DNA of 64,000 nucleotides from Sodaliphilus sp. (GTDB lineage Bacteria; Bacillota_I; Bacilli_A; RFN20; CAG-826): NCBI GenBank assembly GCA_963643355.1, contig CAVIJE010000001.1, positions 128,620 to 192,619 of the forward strand, read 5' to 3'. Shown piece by piece: positions 55,935 to 64,000 of this stretch (position 1 is its first letter; each line of letters starts with the position of its first letter). The notes under the pieces were generated by a model. It saw only the letters and a program-made list of their open reading frames with translations, ran no database searches and was not told where the DNA came from. The position numbers and the translations under genes were made by a program.

Positions 55935-57758
55935 ATGAATACTGCAGGATTAATTTCACTAATAATTGGACTCGTATTTATTGTAGGGTCGTTCTTTTTC
56001 ATCATCAAAGATACTCTTTCATTTTTCAAAAATCCCCTTCGTTTACGCTTAGAAAAGAAAGAACTGCTCCGTTATATTGCTTATATTGGAGTTTCTGGGG
56101 TTGGCTTTATGGCTTTGCTTCTATCGGCTTTCCTTGCCCATCCAGAATGGTCTTCGATAACGGTTCATTCAACTGGCGTTTATCAAGGCGAAAGCATCAA
56201 TTACGCCGGTAATTACGCTTTAACGGTTATTGGTGGACTTTTCTTTGGCCTTGGCCTGGCCCTATTTGTCCCAACATTTTGGATTTATCTTTTTAAAGAA
56301 AAAATCGATCTTAAACAAAAGAAATTAATCCAAATTCTCTACTATGTCTCCATTCCTTTGCTCATTTTCTCTTTTTGGATGTGGTCTGAGGGATATGCCG
56401 ATTATATTTATTATCCTTTGCCAAACGGCATTTCAATTACTGATAAAGGTTTCCAAATCTCTACTTCCCATAATAATCCAGGTGGGTTTCACGTGGCTTT
56501 TTACGGAATTGTCATTCTCATTGGCGCTCTTATGTGCTTATTTGTATCTGATCAAAGAATGTATAAACGCTACCACAAGCACGGATTGCTTGAGTTAATC
56601 TTTGTTGTTGCTTTCCCTGCTGGCATTGTTGGTGCCCGTGTTTGGTATGTTGTTGGCAACTGGTCAAGAGAATTTGCCCATCGTGATTTCTACCATGTCT
56701 TTGAGATATGGAATGGTGGCTTAACGATTTTAGGCGGAGCTTTCTTTGGTATTTTAGTTGGCGCTTTGATGGCTAAACATTCTAAAAAAGGCCTTGATGC
56801 TAGATGGACGGTTGATGAAGTTGTCCCAACTGTTTTAATCGGCCAAGCCGTTGGTAGATGGGGAAATTTCTTTAATACTGAAGTATATGGCCGTCCTATA
56901 TCGGTAGATTATTTTAGATGGCTTCCAACTTGGTTGGTTGAACAGATGCATATTTCTACCTCCGGGGTAAGCAATGCAACCGCAGGAGTTGGAATGATTT
57001 ACGCTCCTCTTTTCTTAATTGAATCAGTTCTTTCAATTGCTGGATATTTCATCATTCAATACGTTGTTGGAAAACTCTTGAACAAATGGACGGCAAAAGG
57101 AGATAGAGTTGGCTGCTATTTCTTATGGTATGGAATAGTTCGCGTAATTATGGAACCTTTCCGCGACACAAACTTCAATATGGGCACGGATAACGCTTGG
57201 AGCATTTGTAACTCCTTGATTTATATCTTGCTTGGAATTGTTATTATTGCTTCCGCTCATTTGCATGATAATTACATAAAATCCAAAAAAGGGTCGTATC
57301 TCCCGCTTATTTCTGCAGGAATTCTTCTTCCAACCTTCGTTTTCCCTCTCCTTCCATCCTTAACTACGTCTTCGAATAAAGATGGTGCGGGACAAATCGT
57401 CTCTTATAATGGCTATGATTTGATTTTCTCCGGCAAAACCCCTCTATTTTTAGCTGCCTTTATCGTATTAGCTATTGCAGCCATTGTTTTTGTTGTTTCA
57501 TATTTCATTATTAAGAAAAACAAAAAAACCGGTTATTACGTTCTTTTATCTGCTGGAGTTGTAGCGTTTATTGGAACAATTCTTTATTTGATTGGCAAAA
57601 ACGTTAATAGTTTTGATGAAGGACTGTACGTGAATCTATCTTATGGATTTATCTTGTCGGCAACATTTGCCTTGATGTCTTTAGCTATCGCCTTTATTTA
57701 TTTAAGAGATACTAAGGTTTTAGAGAAAATGGAGGTAAGCAACAATGAGACAAACTGA
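55935..57758 (+). CDS. lgt: prolipoprotein diacylglyceryl transferase with N- and C-terminal membrane extensions
   Basis: 607 aa. The central Lgt core contains GGLTILGGAFFG and GRWGNFFNTEVYG. About 190 extra N-terminal and 170 extra C-terminal residues are rich in TM segments. Confidence 0.9.
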   Translation: MNTAGLISLIIGLVFIVGSFFFIIKDTLSFFKNPLRLRLEKKELLRYIAYIGVSGVGFMALLLSAFLAHPEWSSITVHSTGVYQGESINYAGNYALTVIGGLFFGLGLALFVPTFWIYLFKEKIDLKQKKLIQILYYVSIPLLIFSFWMWSEGYADYIYYPLPNGISITDKGFQISTSHNNPGGFHVAFYGIVILIGALMCLFVSDQRMYKRYHKHGLLELIFVVAFPAGIVGARVWYVVGNWSREFAHRDFYHVFEIWNGGLTILGGAFFGILVGALMAKHSKKGLDARWTVDEVVPTVLIGQAVGRWGNFFNTEVYGRPISVDYFRWLPTWLVEQMHISTSGVSNATAGVGMIYAPLFLIESVLSIAGYFIIQYVVGKLLNKWTAKGDRVGCYFLWYGIVRVIMEPFRDTNFNMGTDNAWSICNSLIYILLGIVIIASAHLHDNYIKSKKGSYLPLISAGILLPTFVFPLLPSLTTSSNKDGAGQIVSYNGYDLIFSGKTPLFLAAFIVLAIAAIVFVVSYFIIKKNKKTGYYVLLSAGVVAFIGTILYLIGKNVNSFDEGLYVNLSYGFILSATFALMSLAIAFIYLRDTKVLEKMEVSNNETN

Positions 57759-58665
57759 TGTTTTGATAATCGGGGCAGGGCCAGCCGGAATCACTGCCGC
57801 TTTATATTTGAAAAGAGCAAACGTATCCTTTATTTGGGTTGAAAAAGGAATGCCTGGTGGAAAATTGGTTAATCTTGCCGAAGTTGGTAACTATCCTGGC
57901 TTAGCTCCATCTGATGGGTTTACCTTAGCCAATAACATGTTGCAATCGGCATATAGCGCCGGTGCCAAATTAGAAACGCTTGAAGTATTTGAAGTAAACA
58001 AAGATAACGACCTTTTTACGATTAAAACAAACAGAGAAGACATTCTTGCAAAAGCAGTTCTAGTTGCAACAGGCCTTTCCAATGTTCCTTCTATCAAAGG
58101 AGAAAAGGAATTCTTTGGCAAGGGAGTCTCTTATTGCGCGACTTGCGATGGTCCTCTTTTAAGAAAGAAAACAGCTGTGATATATGGCAAAGGGGATCGC
58201 GTTCTTGAAGAATCCTTATATTTAGCAAATATCGTTTCTAAACTATTTGTAATCACCCAAGAACATGAATATGAAGGATCCGAAAACCTCCTTTCATCAT
58301 TAAAAGAAAAAGAAAACGTTGAATTTATTAACGATGCAAAAATAACTTCGATTAACGGAGATGATTTTGTTAATTCCATCACTTATATAAAAGATGGAAA
58401 AGAAAAGGAAATAGAAACAAACATGATTTTCCCATTTTCTGGCGAAAGAAGTGCGGTAAAATTCCTCTCTCCTTTAAAAGTTGAAACAAATAAGAATTTC
58501 ATCGTCGTTAATTCCGAGATGATGAGCAACATTCCAGGGCTATTTGCCTCTGGAGATGTTACATTTAAGAAACTTCGTCAAGTCATAACTGCCGCTTCAG
58601 ATGGCGCTGTTGCATCAACCGGAATCATTTCCTATTTAAATAAATTGAAGAAAGAAGCCAAATGA
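57745..58665 (+). CDS. trxB: thioredoxin-disulfide reductase
   Basis: 306 aa with the FAD motif GAGPAG and the redox-active CATCDG. GGAGG SD. Overlaps the end of lgt. Confidence 0.93.
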   Translation: MRQTDVLIIGAGPAGITAALYLKRANVSFIWVEKGMPGGKLVNLAEVGNYPGLAPSDGFTLANNMLQSAYSAGAKLETLEVFEVNKDNDLFTIKTNREDILAKAVLVATGLSNVPSIKGEKEFFGKGVSYCATCDGPLLRKKTAVIYGKGDRVLEESLYLANIVSKLFVITQEHEYEGSENLLSSLKEKENVEFINDAKITSINGDDFVNSITYIKDGKEKEIETNMIFPFSGERSAVKFLSPLKVETNKNFIVVNSEMMSNIPGLFASGDVTFKKLRQVITAASDGAVASTGIISYLNKLKKEAK

Positions 58666-59627
58666 AAAAAGGAAATGGAATATCTTTTGCTGAAAAAGTC
58701 AAAGAAGAAAGTGCTAGGGCCGAAAGAGATGATGAAGAAAAACGCTCTTTGCTTTCGGCTTTTATCCGTCTAAATGGTTACCTTTCAATAAAAGAAGGGC
58801 AAGAAAGACTCGATATTGCTTCGGAATCTTCATCAATCGCTAAAGCCATTTATCAATATCTTCATGATTTATATGGCGTTAACGCTCGTTTTGCTTATAC
58901 TCGTTCAGCGGGATTTCTAAAAAGAATCGTCTATCACGTCTTATTAGAACAGGAACCGGAAAAGATTCTATCGGATTTAGGCGTGGATTATTTTTTCATC
59001 GAAAACCCTAAAAATCTTGTCGCCAATCAGAATCAAACGGCCGCTTATTTAAGTGGGGCTTTCCTTGCTAAAGGATCCATAAATAGTCCTAAATCATCTT
59101 CTTATCATCTTGAATTCGCCTTCAAAGATCAAAATTACGCCAAATGGATCATGAAACTTTTGCAACATTATCCATTTAGGCAATTCAACGCCAAACTAAT
59201 TCAAAGAAGAAACCAATATATCGTTTACCTCAAAAGAAGCGACGAAATTTCTGATTTCCTCATTATTCTTAAAGCAAAAGACTCTTGTTTAGAATTTGAA
59301 AACGTTCGTGTTGAAAGAGATTTTGCCAATGTTACAAATAGATTAAGCAACCTTGATACGGCCAATTACTCAAAAACCCTCAAATCAAGCGAAGCGCAAA
59401 TAGAACAAATCAACTACTTTGTCGAAAAAGTGGGTTGGGACGGAATTGACAATGAAAAGCTCAAGACTTTGATGAAACTTAGACTTAGCCATCCAGACGC
59501 GTCCTTAAACGAACTTGCTAACTTACTATCTGAAGAATTAAACACCACAATTTCACGCAGCAACGTTAATCATCTTTTTCGCTATCTAAAGGATGAATAT
59601 AACGCTGCCACAGGCTCTAAAAAATAG
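58662..59627 (+). CDS. whiA: DNA-binding protein WhiA
   Basis: 321 aa with an ATGA overlap to trxB. It has the WhiA layout: an N-terminal degenerate LAGLIDADG-like region (AYLSGAFLAKGSINSP) and a C-terminal HTH. Confidence 0.88.
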   Translation: MKKGNGISFAEKVKEESARAERDDEEKRSLLSAFIRLNGYLSIKEGQERLDIASESSSIAKAIYQYLHDLYGVNARFAYTRSAGFLKRIVYHVLLEQEPEKILSDLGVDYFFIENPKNLVANQNQTAAYLSGAFLAKGSINSPKSSSYHLEFAFKDQNYAKWIMKLLQHYPFRQFNAKLIQRRNQYIVYLKRSDEISDFLIILKAKDSCLEFENVRVERDFANVTNRLSNLDTANYSKTLKSSEAQIEQINYFVEKVGWDGIDNEKLKTLMKLRLSHPDASLNELANLLSEELNTTISRSNVNHLFRYLKDEYNAATGSKK

Positions 59628-59696
59628 CATTTTCATTTCGCTAAAAAATTTACCGATTTATCAATGTGTATTTTCTTTTATTTTCTCTTTTTGCTT

Positions 59697-59705
59697 TGCT
59701 ATAAT
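59697..59705 (+). promoter_or_regulatory. extended -10 box upstream of gap
   Basis: TGCTATAAT (TGnTATAAT) lies 35 nt upstream of the gap ATG. The -35 box is weak. Confidence 0.5.
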
Positions 59706-59739
59706 ACTTTTGCAGTTTATAAGGAGGACATAAAGTTAC

Positions 59740-60771
59740 ATGTCAATTAAACTAGCTATTAACGGATTCGGCAGAATCGGCCGTCTCGCATTCCGTCGCG
59801 CATATGAAAGCGGCGAATTTGAAGTTGTTGCAATCAATGACTTAGTTGATGCAAAGACTCTTGCTTATCTTTTAAAATACGATTCAACACATGGCGTCTG
59901 GCACAAAGACGAAATTGACGCTGATGAAACAAACATCATCTTCAAAGGACACAAGATCCCAGTTCTTGGCAAAAAAGATCCAAAAGAACTCGAATGGGGC
60001 AAATATGGTGTTGATGTTGTTTTAGAGTGCACTGGCCGCTTAAAGAGCCACGAAGATGGTGATGTCCATCTCCACAATGGTGCAAAAGGTGTTATCATCT
60101 CCGCTCCATCTTCTTCCAAAGACATCCCAACATATGTCTATGGTGTCAATACCGACAAACTTACAGCTGATCAAACAATCATCTCTGGCGCATCTTGCAC
60201 AACCAACTGCTTAGCCCCAGTTATGAAAGTTCTCAACGACAAGTTCGGTGTCATCGGTGGAACTATGACAACTGTTCACGCCTACACCAACGATCAAAGA
60301 ATTCTTGATCTTGCTGGAAGCAACCTCCGTAGATCCCGTGCAGCTGCCGCTAACATCGTCCCAACGACAACTGGTGCTGCAAAAGCTATCGGCAAAGTCA
60401 TCCCTGAACTCAATGGCTGCTTAAACGGCAACGCCATCCGTGTTCCAGTTCAAGATGGTTCCCTTTGCGATTGCACAATCGAACTCAAAGATGAAAATGT
60501 CACCGTCGAAGCCATCAACGCTGCTATGAAAGAAGCTGCTGAAGGCGAACTCAAAGGCATCCTTGGCTACAATGAAGACGAAATCGTCTCCTCCGACATC
60601 CTTGGCAACACCTATGGTTCAATCTTCGATGCAACCATGACCATGATCGTCGAAACTCCAGAACACAAGAAGTTTGTTAAAGTTGTTGCTTGGTATGACA
60701 ACGAATACAGCTTCACTTCCCAATACGTCCGTCTTGCTGGCTTATATGGCAAGATCCTTGGCGCAAAATAA
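59740..60771 (+). CDS. gap: glyceraldehyde-3-phosphate dehydrogenase
   Basis: 343 aa with NGFGRIGR and the catalytic SCTTNCLAP. AGGAGG SD. Confidence 0.97.
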   Translation: MSIKLAINGFGRIGRLAFRRAYESGEFEVVAINDLVDAKTLAYLLKYDSTHGVWHKDEIDADETNIIFKGHKIPVLGKKDPKELEWGKYGVDVVLECTGRLKSHEDGDVHLHNGAKGVIISAPSSSKDIPTYVYGVNTDKLTADQTIISGASCTTNCLAPVMKVLNDKFGVIGGTMTTVHAYTNDQRILDLAGSNLRRSRAAAANIVPTTTGAAKAIGKVIPELNGCLNGNAIRVPVQDGSLCDCTIELKDENVTVEAINAAMKEAAEGELKGILGYNEDEIVSSDILGNTYGSIFDATMTMIVETPEHKKFVKVVAWYDNEYSFTSQYVRLAGLYGKILGAK

Positions 60772-60792
60772 GGAAAACTTATTCTGAAAATT

Positions 60793-60822
60793 AGACTCCA
60801 ATTAATTTTGGAGTCTTTTTTT
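60793..60822 (+). terminator. rho-independent terminator after gap
   Basis: AGACTCCAA-TTAATT-TTGGAGTCT followed by TTTTTTT. Confidence 0.85.
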
Positions 60823-60851
60823 GTGTCCAAACTCTCTTTATAATCTTTTGG

Positions 60852-61883
60852 ATGAAAAAACGTTTTTTATTGATATTGCCTTTATTACTTAGCTCTTGTG
60901 CGAATGAAGATAATTCTTCCTCTGGTCAGATTTCAAACACAGGATATTATTTTGGCACGAATGTTTCCGTTACCCTTTTTGATTCTTCTAAAGATGTTTT
61001 AGATCACATTTTTGAGATTTTTGCTGATTATGACGAATTAACTGACGCCTACAAAGGCCATGCGGATATGAATCTTGAACAAGTCAAAAATATCTATTAT
61101 CTAAATAAAGATAGCAATTCCGGAAAAGAAATCGAAGTGGATTCTCGCCTTGCGTCTTTGCTTTCCTTTGGATTACAAATGCAAGAAAAAACCGCGTTAA
61201 CAAAAGAAAACGGAGAAAAAGAATATTCCTTTAACATGCTTATCGGAAATATTTCCTCTTTATGGAAGAATTTCATCGATAATCAAACTAGCGCTTTCCC
61301 TAGTGAAAACTTAATAAATGAATATCTAGAAGAGATGAATTCCTCAAAACTTGAAGTTAACGGAAATATAGTTAAAAGAAGCGGGAATGCTAAAATCGAC
61401 GTTGGGGCTTATGCGAAAGGATATGTCATCAAACTCGTTCAAGATTATTTAAAAGAAGAAGGAGTCGATAAATATTTTATCAACGGAGGATCTTCCTCTT
61501 TCGGCTTAGGGTCTTATTTAAATGATGATTCATATAAAATAACTATTAGCAGCCTAAAGGATTATGGTTATTCTCAGGCATATTTCACTGCTAAAGATAC
61601 CTCTATTGGGACTTCTGGAATTTCTCAGCAAAGCAAAAAATATGATGGAAAGCTATATTCGCATATTGTTAATCCAAATAATGGAAGTGCACTAGCAAAA
61701 TACGATACCGTAACCATCAAAGCAGCTGACGCCGGAGTTGCTGATATTTTAAGCACGTCCATATTTGTTGGAGGGGAAGAATTGGCAAAAACGCTCAAAA
61801 AGACAATTGATTTCGAATATATGATTTTCGATGGAGAAAACGTTCTTTCCTCCGACGGACTTGGCTTGGTTTTGGAAAAATGA
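60852..61883 (+). CDS. apbE: FAD:protein FMN transferase (ApbE family) lipoprotein
   Basis: 343 aa with lipobox LSSC and ApbE-like blocks VGAYAKGYV, GTSGISQQ and SHIVNPNNG. Confidence 0.85.
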   Translation: MKKRFLLILPLLLSSCANEDNSSSGQISNTGYYFGTNVSVTLFDSSKDVLDHIFEIFADYDELTDAYKGHADMNLEQVKNIYYLNKDSNSGKEIEVDSRLASLLSFGLQMQEKTALTKENGEKEYSFNMLIGNISSLWKNFIDNQTSAFPSENLINEYLEEMNSSKLEVNGNIVKRSGNAKIDVGAYAKGYVIKLVQDYLKEEGVDKYFINGGSSSFGLGSYLNDDSYKITISSLKDYGYSQAYFTAKDTSIGTSGISQQSKKYDGKLYSHIVNPNNGSALAKYDTVTIKAADAGVADILSTSIFVGGEELAKTLKKTIDFEYMIFDGENVLSSDGLGLVLEK

Positions 61884-62293
61884 TAAAAGCTAAAGAATTT
61901 TTAAAGAAACATCTAGGCGATCTTATCGTAGGAATAGGATTATTAGCCATTACTTTTTCTTTGTTAACTTATTATTTAATTCCTAGAAACACAAATGGAA
62001 AGATTTTTGCTAACGTCTATCATCAAAATACGATAATCTATGAAAAAATAGATCTTTCAGGCGAAGATAAAGAATATCCGATCAACATCAAAGATGGCGA
62101 TTTAGATATTGAAATGGTGGTAGAACTCAAAGACCACAAGATCGGCATCCATTCTAGCAATTGTTCAAACCAATACTGTGTCCACCAAGGTTTTACCGAT
62201 TCGATCATGCAAACCCTTATTTGCGCGCCAAATGAGGTGATGGTCACTCTTTATTCGGAAAGCAAAACAATTGATTCGGAGATTATCGTATGA
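61880..62293 (+). CDS. NusG domain II-containing protein
   Basis: 137 aa with an ATGA overlap to the upstream gene. One N-terminal TM segment is followed by a small beta domain with CSNQYCVHQG..ICAPNEV, as in NusG_II/DUF1312 proteins. Confidence 0.75.
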   Translation: MIKAKEFLKKHLGDLIVGIGLLAITFSLLTYYLIPRNTNGKIFANVYHQNTIIYEKIDLSGEDKEYPINIKDGDLDIEMVVELKDHKIGIHSSNCSNQYCVHQGFTDSIMQTLICAPNEVMVTLYSESKTIDSEIIV

Positions 62294-62823
62294 AAAATAG
62301 ATATTCAATCCATAAAATATCTTTTCTCTCCATCATGCTAGCTTTAGCAATTGTTTTAGGATACGTCGAATCTTTTATCCCTTCGCCAGTCCCTGGAGTC
62401 AAACTTGGCTTAGCCAATCTTGTTGTTTTGATATTGCTTTATTCTTGTCCTTTTTATGAGGCGTTCTTAATATCGATTCTTCGTGTTTTCATCGTTTCTT
62501 TGCTTAGAGGGAACATATTTCAAATGCCATTTTATATGTCTTTAGCAGGTGCTATATCTTCATATTTAGTAATGTGTTTAGCTTACTTTGCTTTCGAGAA
62601 GAAACTGCATTTTATCACTATATATGGGGTTTCATTGCTTGGGGCATTTATGCATTCCCTTGCCCAGGTTGCAATAGCAGCTATTTTTGTTGAGCATGGC
62701 TTTACGACTTTTTACTATTTCCCATTCATTGTTTTATTTTCCCTAGCTAGCGGATTGCTTACTTCTTTTTTAGCGGATAAGCTTCTTTTGAGCAGACCGA
62801 TAAGAGAACTCAAGAATAATTAA
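62290..62823 (+). CDS. Gx transporter family membrane protein (Hpre_diP_synt_I family)
   Basis: 177 aa with an ATGA overlap to the upstream gene and about 5 TM segments. LGYVESFIPSPVPGVKLGLANL resembles this family, and it sits in the usual pairing with NusG_II and ApbE. Confidence 0.75.
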   Translation: MKNRYSIHKISFLSIMLALAIVLGYVESFIPSPVPGVKLGLANLVVLILLYSCPFYEAFLISILRVFIVSLLRGNIFQMPFYMSLAGAISSYLVMCLAYFAFEKKLHFITIYGVSLLGAFMHSLAQVAIAAIFVEHGFTTFYYFPFIVLFSLASGLLTSFLADKLLLSRPIRELKNN

Positions 62824-62900
62824 AAAATTATTTGTCAAAAAACTATTTAGGGGCTAGAATCTTTTATGCAAATAATGCAAAAGAAAAGGAGCGATTCATA

Positions 62901-63773
62901 ATGAACGCAAAATCAATTAAATTAGGTCTCTTTGCTTTAGCCGGCGTTAGCATCCTTGCTAGCTGCAGCAGCAAAGGAACAAGCATGACACGTGCCGAAG
63001 CAGAAAAAGAACTCGACGCGATTGCCGCAAAAACAATCACCGCATCAAAAGTTACTTATTCCGACGGATGGGATAAGACGACAAACAGCACTGGTGTCGT
63101 TGATACTGATGCCGAATACGTTTATCGTAAATTCAACACAGCTGTTTCTTCTACAACTGGTTCTGTCACTTTAACCCTCTTTGCTGCTGGGTCAGAACTC
63201 TTCGCTTATAAAGATGGCGACAAATACATCGTTGGCTACAATGACGGAACAAACAAGACATATTTTGAGGCTAAAAAAGATGATGTCTCAACTTATGCAA
63301 AAGCATTCCTTGATGTTACAAACGCTTATGCAAATGGTGCTTATGGTCAAGCCGCTGGAACTTCTAAATGGCTCAAAGGCTTTGATAAGACCGAAGCTGC
63401 CACAGGCAAAAAAGAACTTACAGTTGATGACCTCAACAGCTTATCAACAGATTGCACCGTCAAAGGTTACATTGGCAAGGAATCATATACAAAATATGCC
63501 GATGGTGAAATGACAGCCGATATCACCGCTATGTATCCATATCAACAATCTTTAATGGATCAAGGTGGCGAAAACTGCATCTATGAATTCAAAAACTACC
63601 AATTAACACGTCTTTACAACAACTATCAAAAATATGAAGAGAAGTTTGATTGGACATCTGCTAACACATCAGCAAAGATTTCAAGCGACTATACAGTTGC
63701 AGCCGATTCTACCGCTATAAAAGCAAAAGCTTTAATTGGATTTAGCTATCTTGCTCACGGTTGGTCTGAATAA
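62901..63773 (+). CDS. lipoprotein, unknown function
   Basis: The ORF track starts at 62832. The ATG at 62901 (MNAKSIKLGLFALAGVSILASC) follows AAGGAG. Confidence 0.8.
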   Translation: MNAKSIKLGLFALAGVSILASCSSKGTSMTRAEAEKELDAIAAKTITASKVTYSDGWDKTTNSTGVVDTDAEYVYRKFNTAVSSTTGSVTLTLFAAGSELFAYKDGDKYIVGYNDGTNKTYFEAKKDDVSTYAKAFLDVTNAYANGAYGQAAGTSKWLKGFDKTEAATGKKELTVDDLNSLSTDCTVKGYIGKESYTKYADGEMTADITAMYPYQQSLMDQGGENCIYEFKNYQLTRLYNNYQKYEEKFDWTSANTSAKISSDYTVAADSTAIKAKALIGFSYLAHGWSE

Positions 63774-63793
63774 TTTGGATTGATTGAACATTT

Positions 63794-63820
63794 AGAGACC
63801 ATTTAATGTGGTCTCTTTTT
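63794..63820 (+). terminator. rho-independent terminator
   Basis: AGAGACCA-(7 nt)-TGGTCTCT followed by TTTT. Confidence 0.75.
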
Positions 63821-63914
63821 CAATTCAAGTATATCGGTAATATTTTATTAATATATTAATAACGTCTTTAAAAGTGTTATGATAAAGGAGCATAAGGAGA
63901 ATTAATAAAATTTT

Positions 63915-64000
63915 ATGCTTACAGTAGAAGACTTAAAAGATTTAAAGGGAAAGAAAGTCTACGTTCGCGTTGACTTTAACGTCCCACAAAAGAATGGCGT
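63915..64000 (+). CDS. pgk: phosphoglycerate kinase (5-prime fragment, runs off the window)
   Basis: MLTVEDLKDLKGKKVYVRVDFNVPQKNG matches the conserved Pgk N-terminus (VRVDFNVP). Confidence 0.8.
   Translation, partial: MLTVEDLKDLKGKKVYVRVDFNVPQKNG

Overview
AT-rich (hand-counted 60-nt samples are about 30-40% GC) chromosome segment of Firmicutes/Mollicutes type. It uses the standard code: TGA is a stop (ATGA overlaps at 18302, 58662 and 61880) and Trp is TGG. Cys-lipobox lipoproteins are very frequent, which fits an Acholeplasma/Anaeroplasma/RF39- or Erysipelotrichia-like organism, but the taxon cannot be fixed from this window. The housekeeping backbone is rplJ-rplL-methyltransferase-rpoB-rpoC, rpsL-rpsG-fusA-tuf, tRNA-Lys, PFOR (nifJ), an RluA-family synthase, tRNA-Pro, uvrA-lgt-trxB-whiA, gap and, 3 kb further on, the start of pgk. 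Accessory blocks sit between these. (1) A membrane GT2 synthase lies on the opposite strand between rpoC and rpsL. (2) Directly after tuf there is a 3-gene module: a glycine-zipper protein plus two tandem lipoprotein paralogues that share a 159-nt identical block. (3) A single-strand supercluster of about 21 kb (19063-39915) holds three RDD membrane proteins, OB-fold/Ig-like lipoproteins, two SNase-type nuclease lipoproteins (one with a lamin-tail-like domain), a complete CUT1-type ABC importer with two binding lipoproteins, and unknown membrane proteins. I read this as a candidate surface nucleic-acid capture, degradation and import system, and it is the most interesting region. (4) Next to tRNA-Lys is an HTH-MntA/HepT toxin-antitoxin pair preceded by phased GTGCA palindromes. 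(5) A decayed secreted-protein/lipoprotein gene pair. (6) Downstream of a tRNA-Pro with an unusual AGG anticodon are a Bro-N-Fic fusion and a compositionally foreign, GC-rich LRR lipoprotein. Several genes appear leaderless, with a -10 box 6-11 nt before the ATG and no SD. I saw no rRNA, CRISPR array, transposase or integrase.
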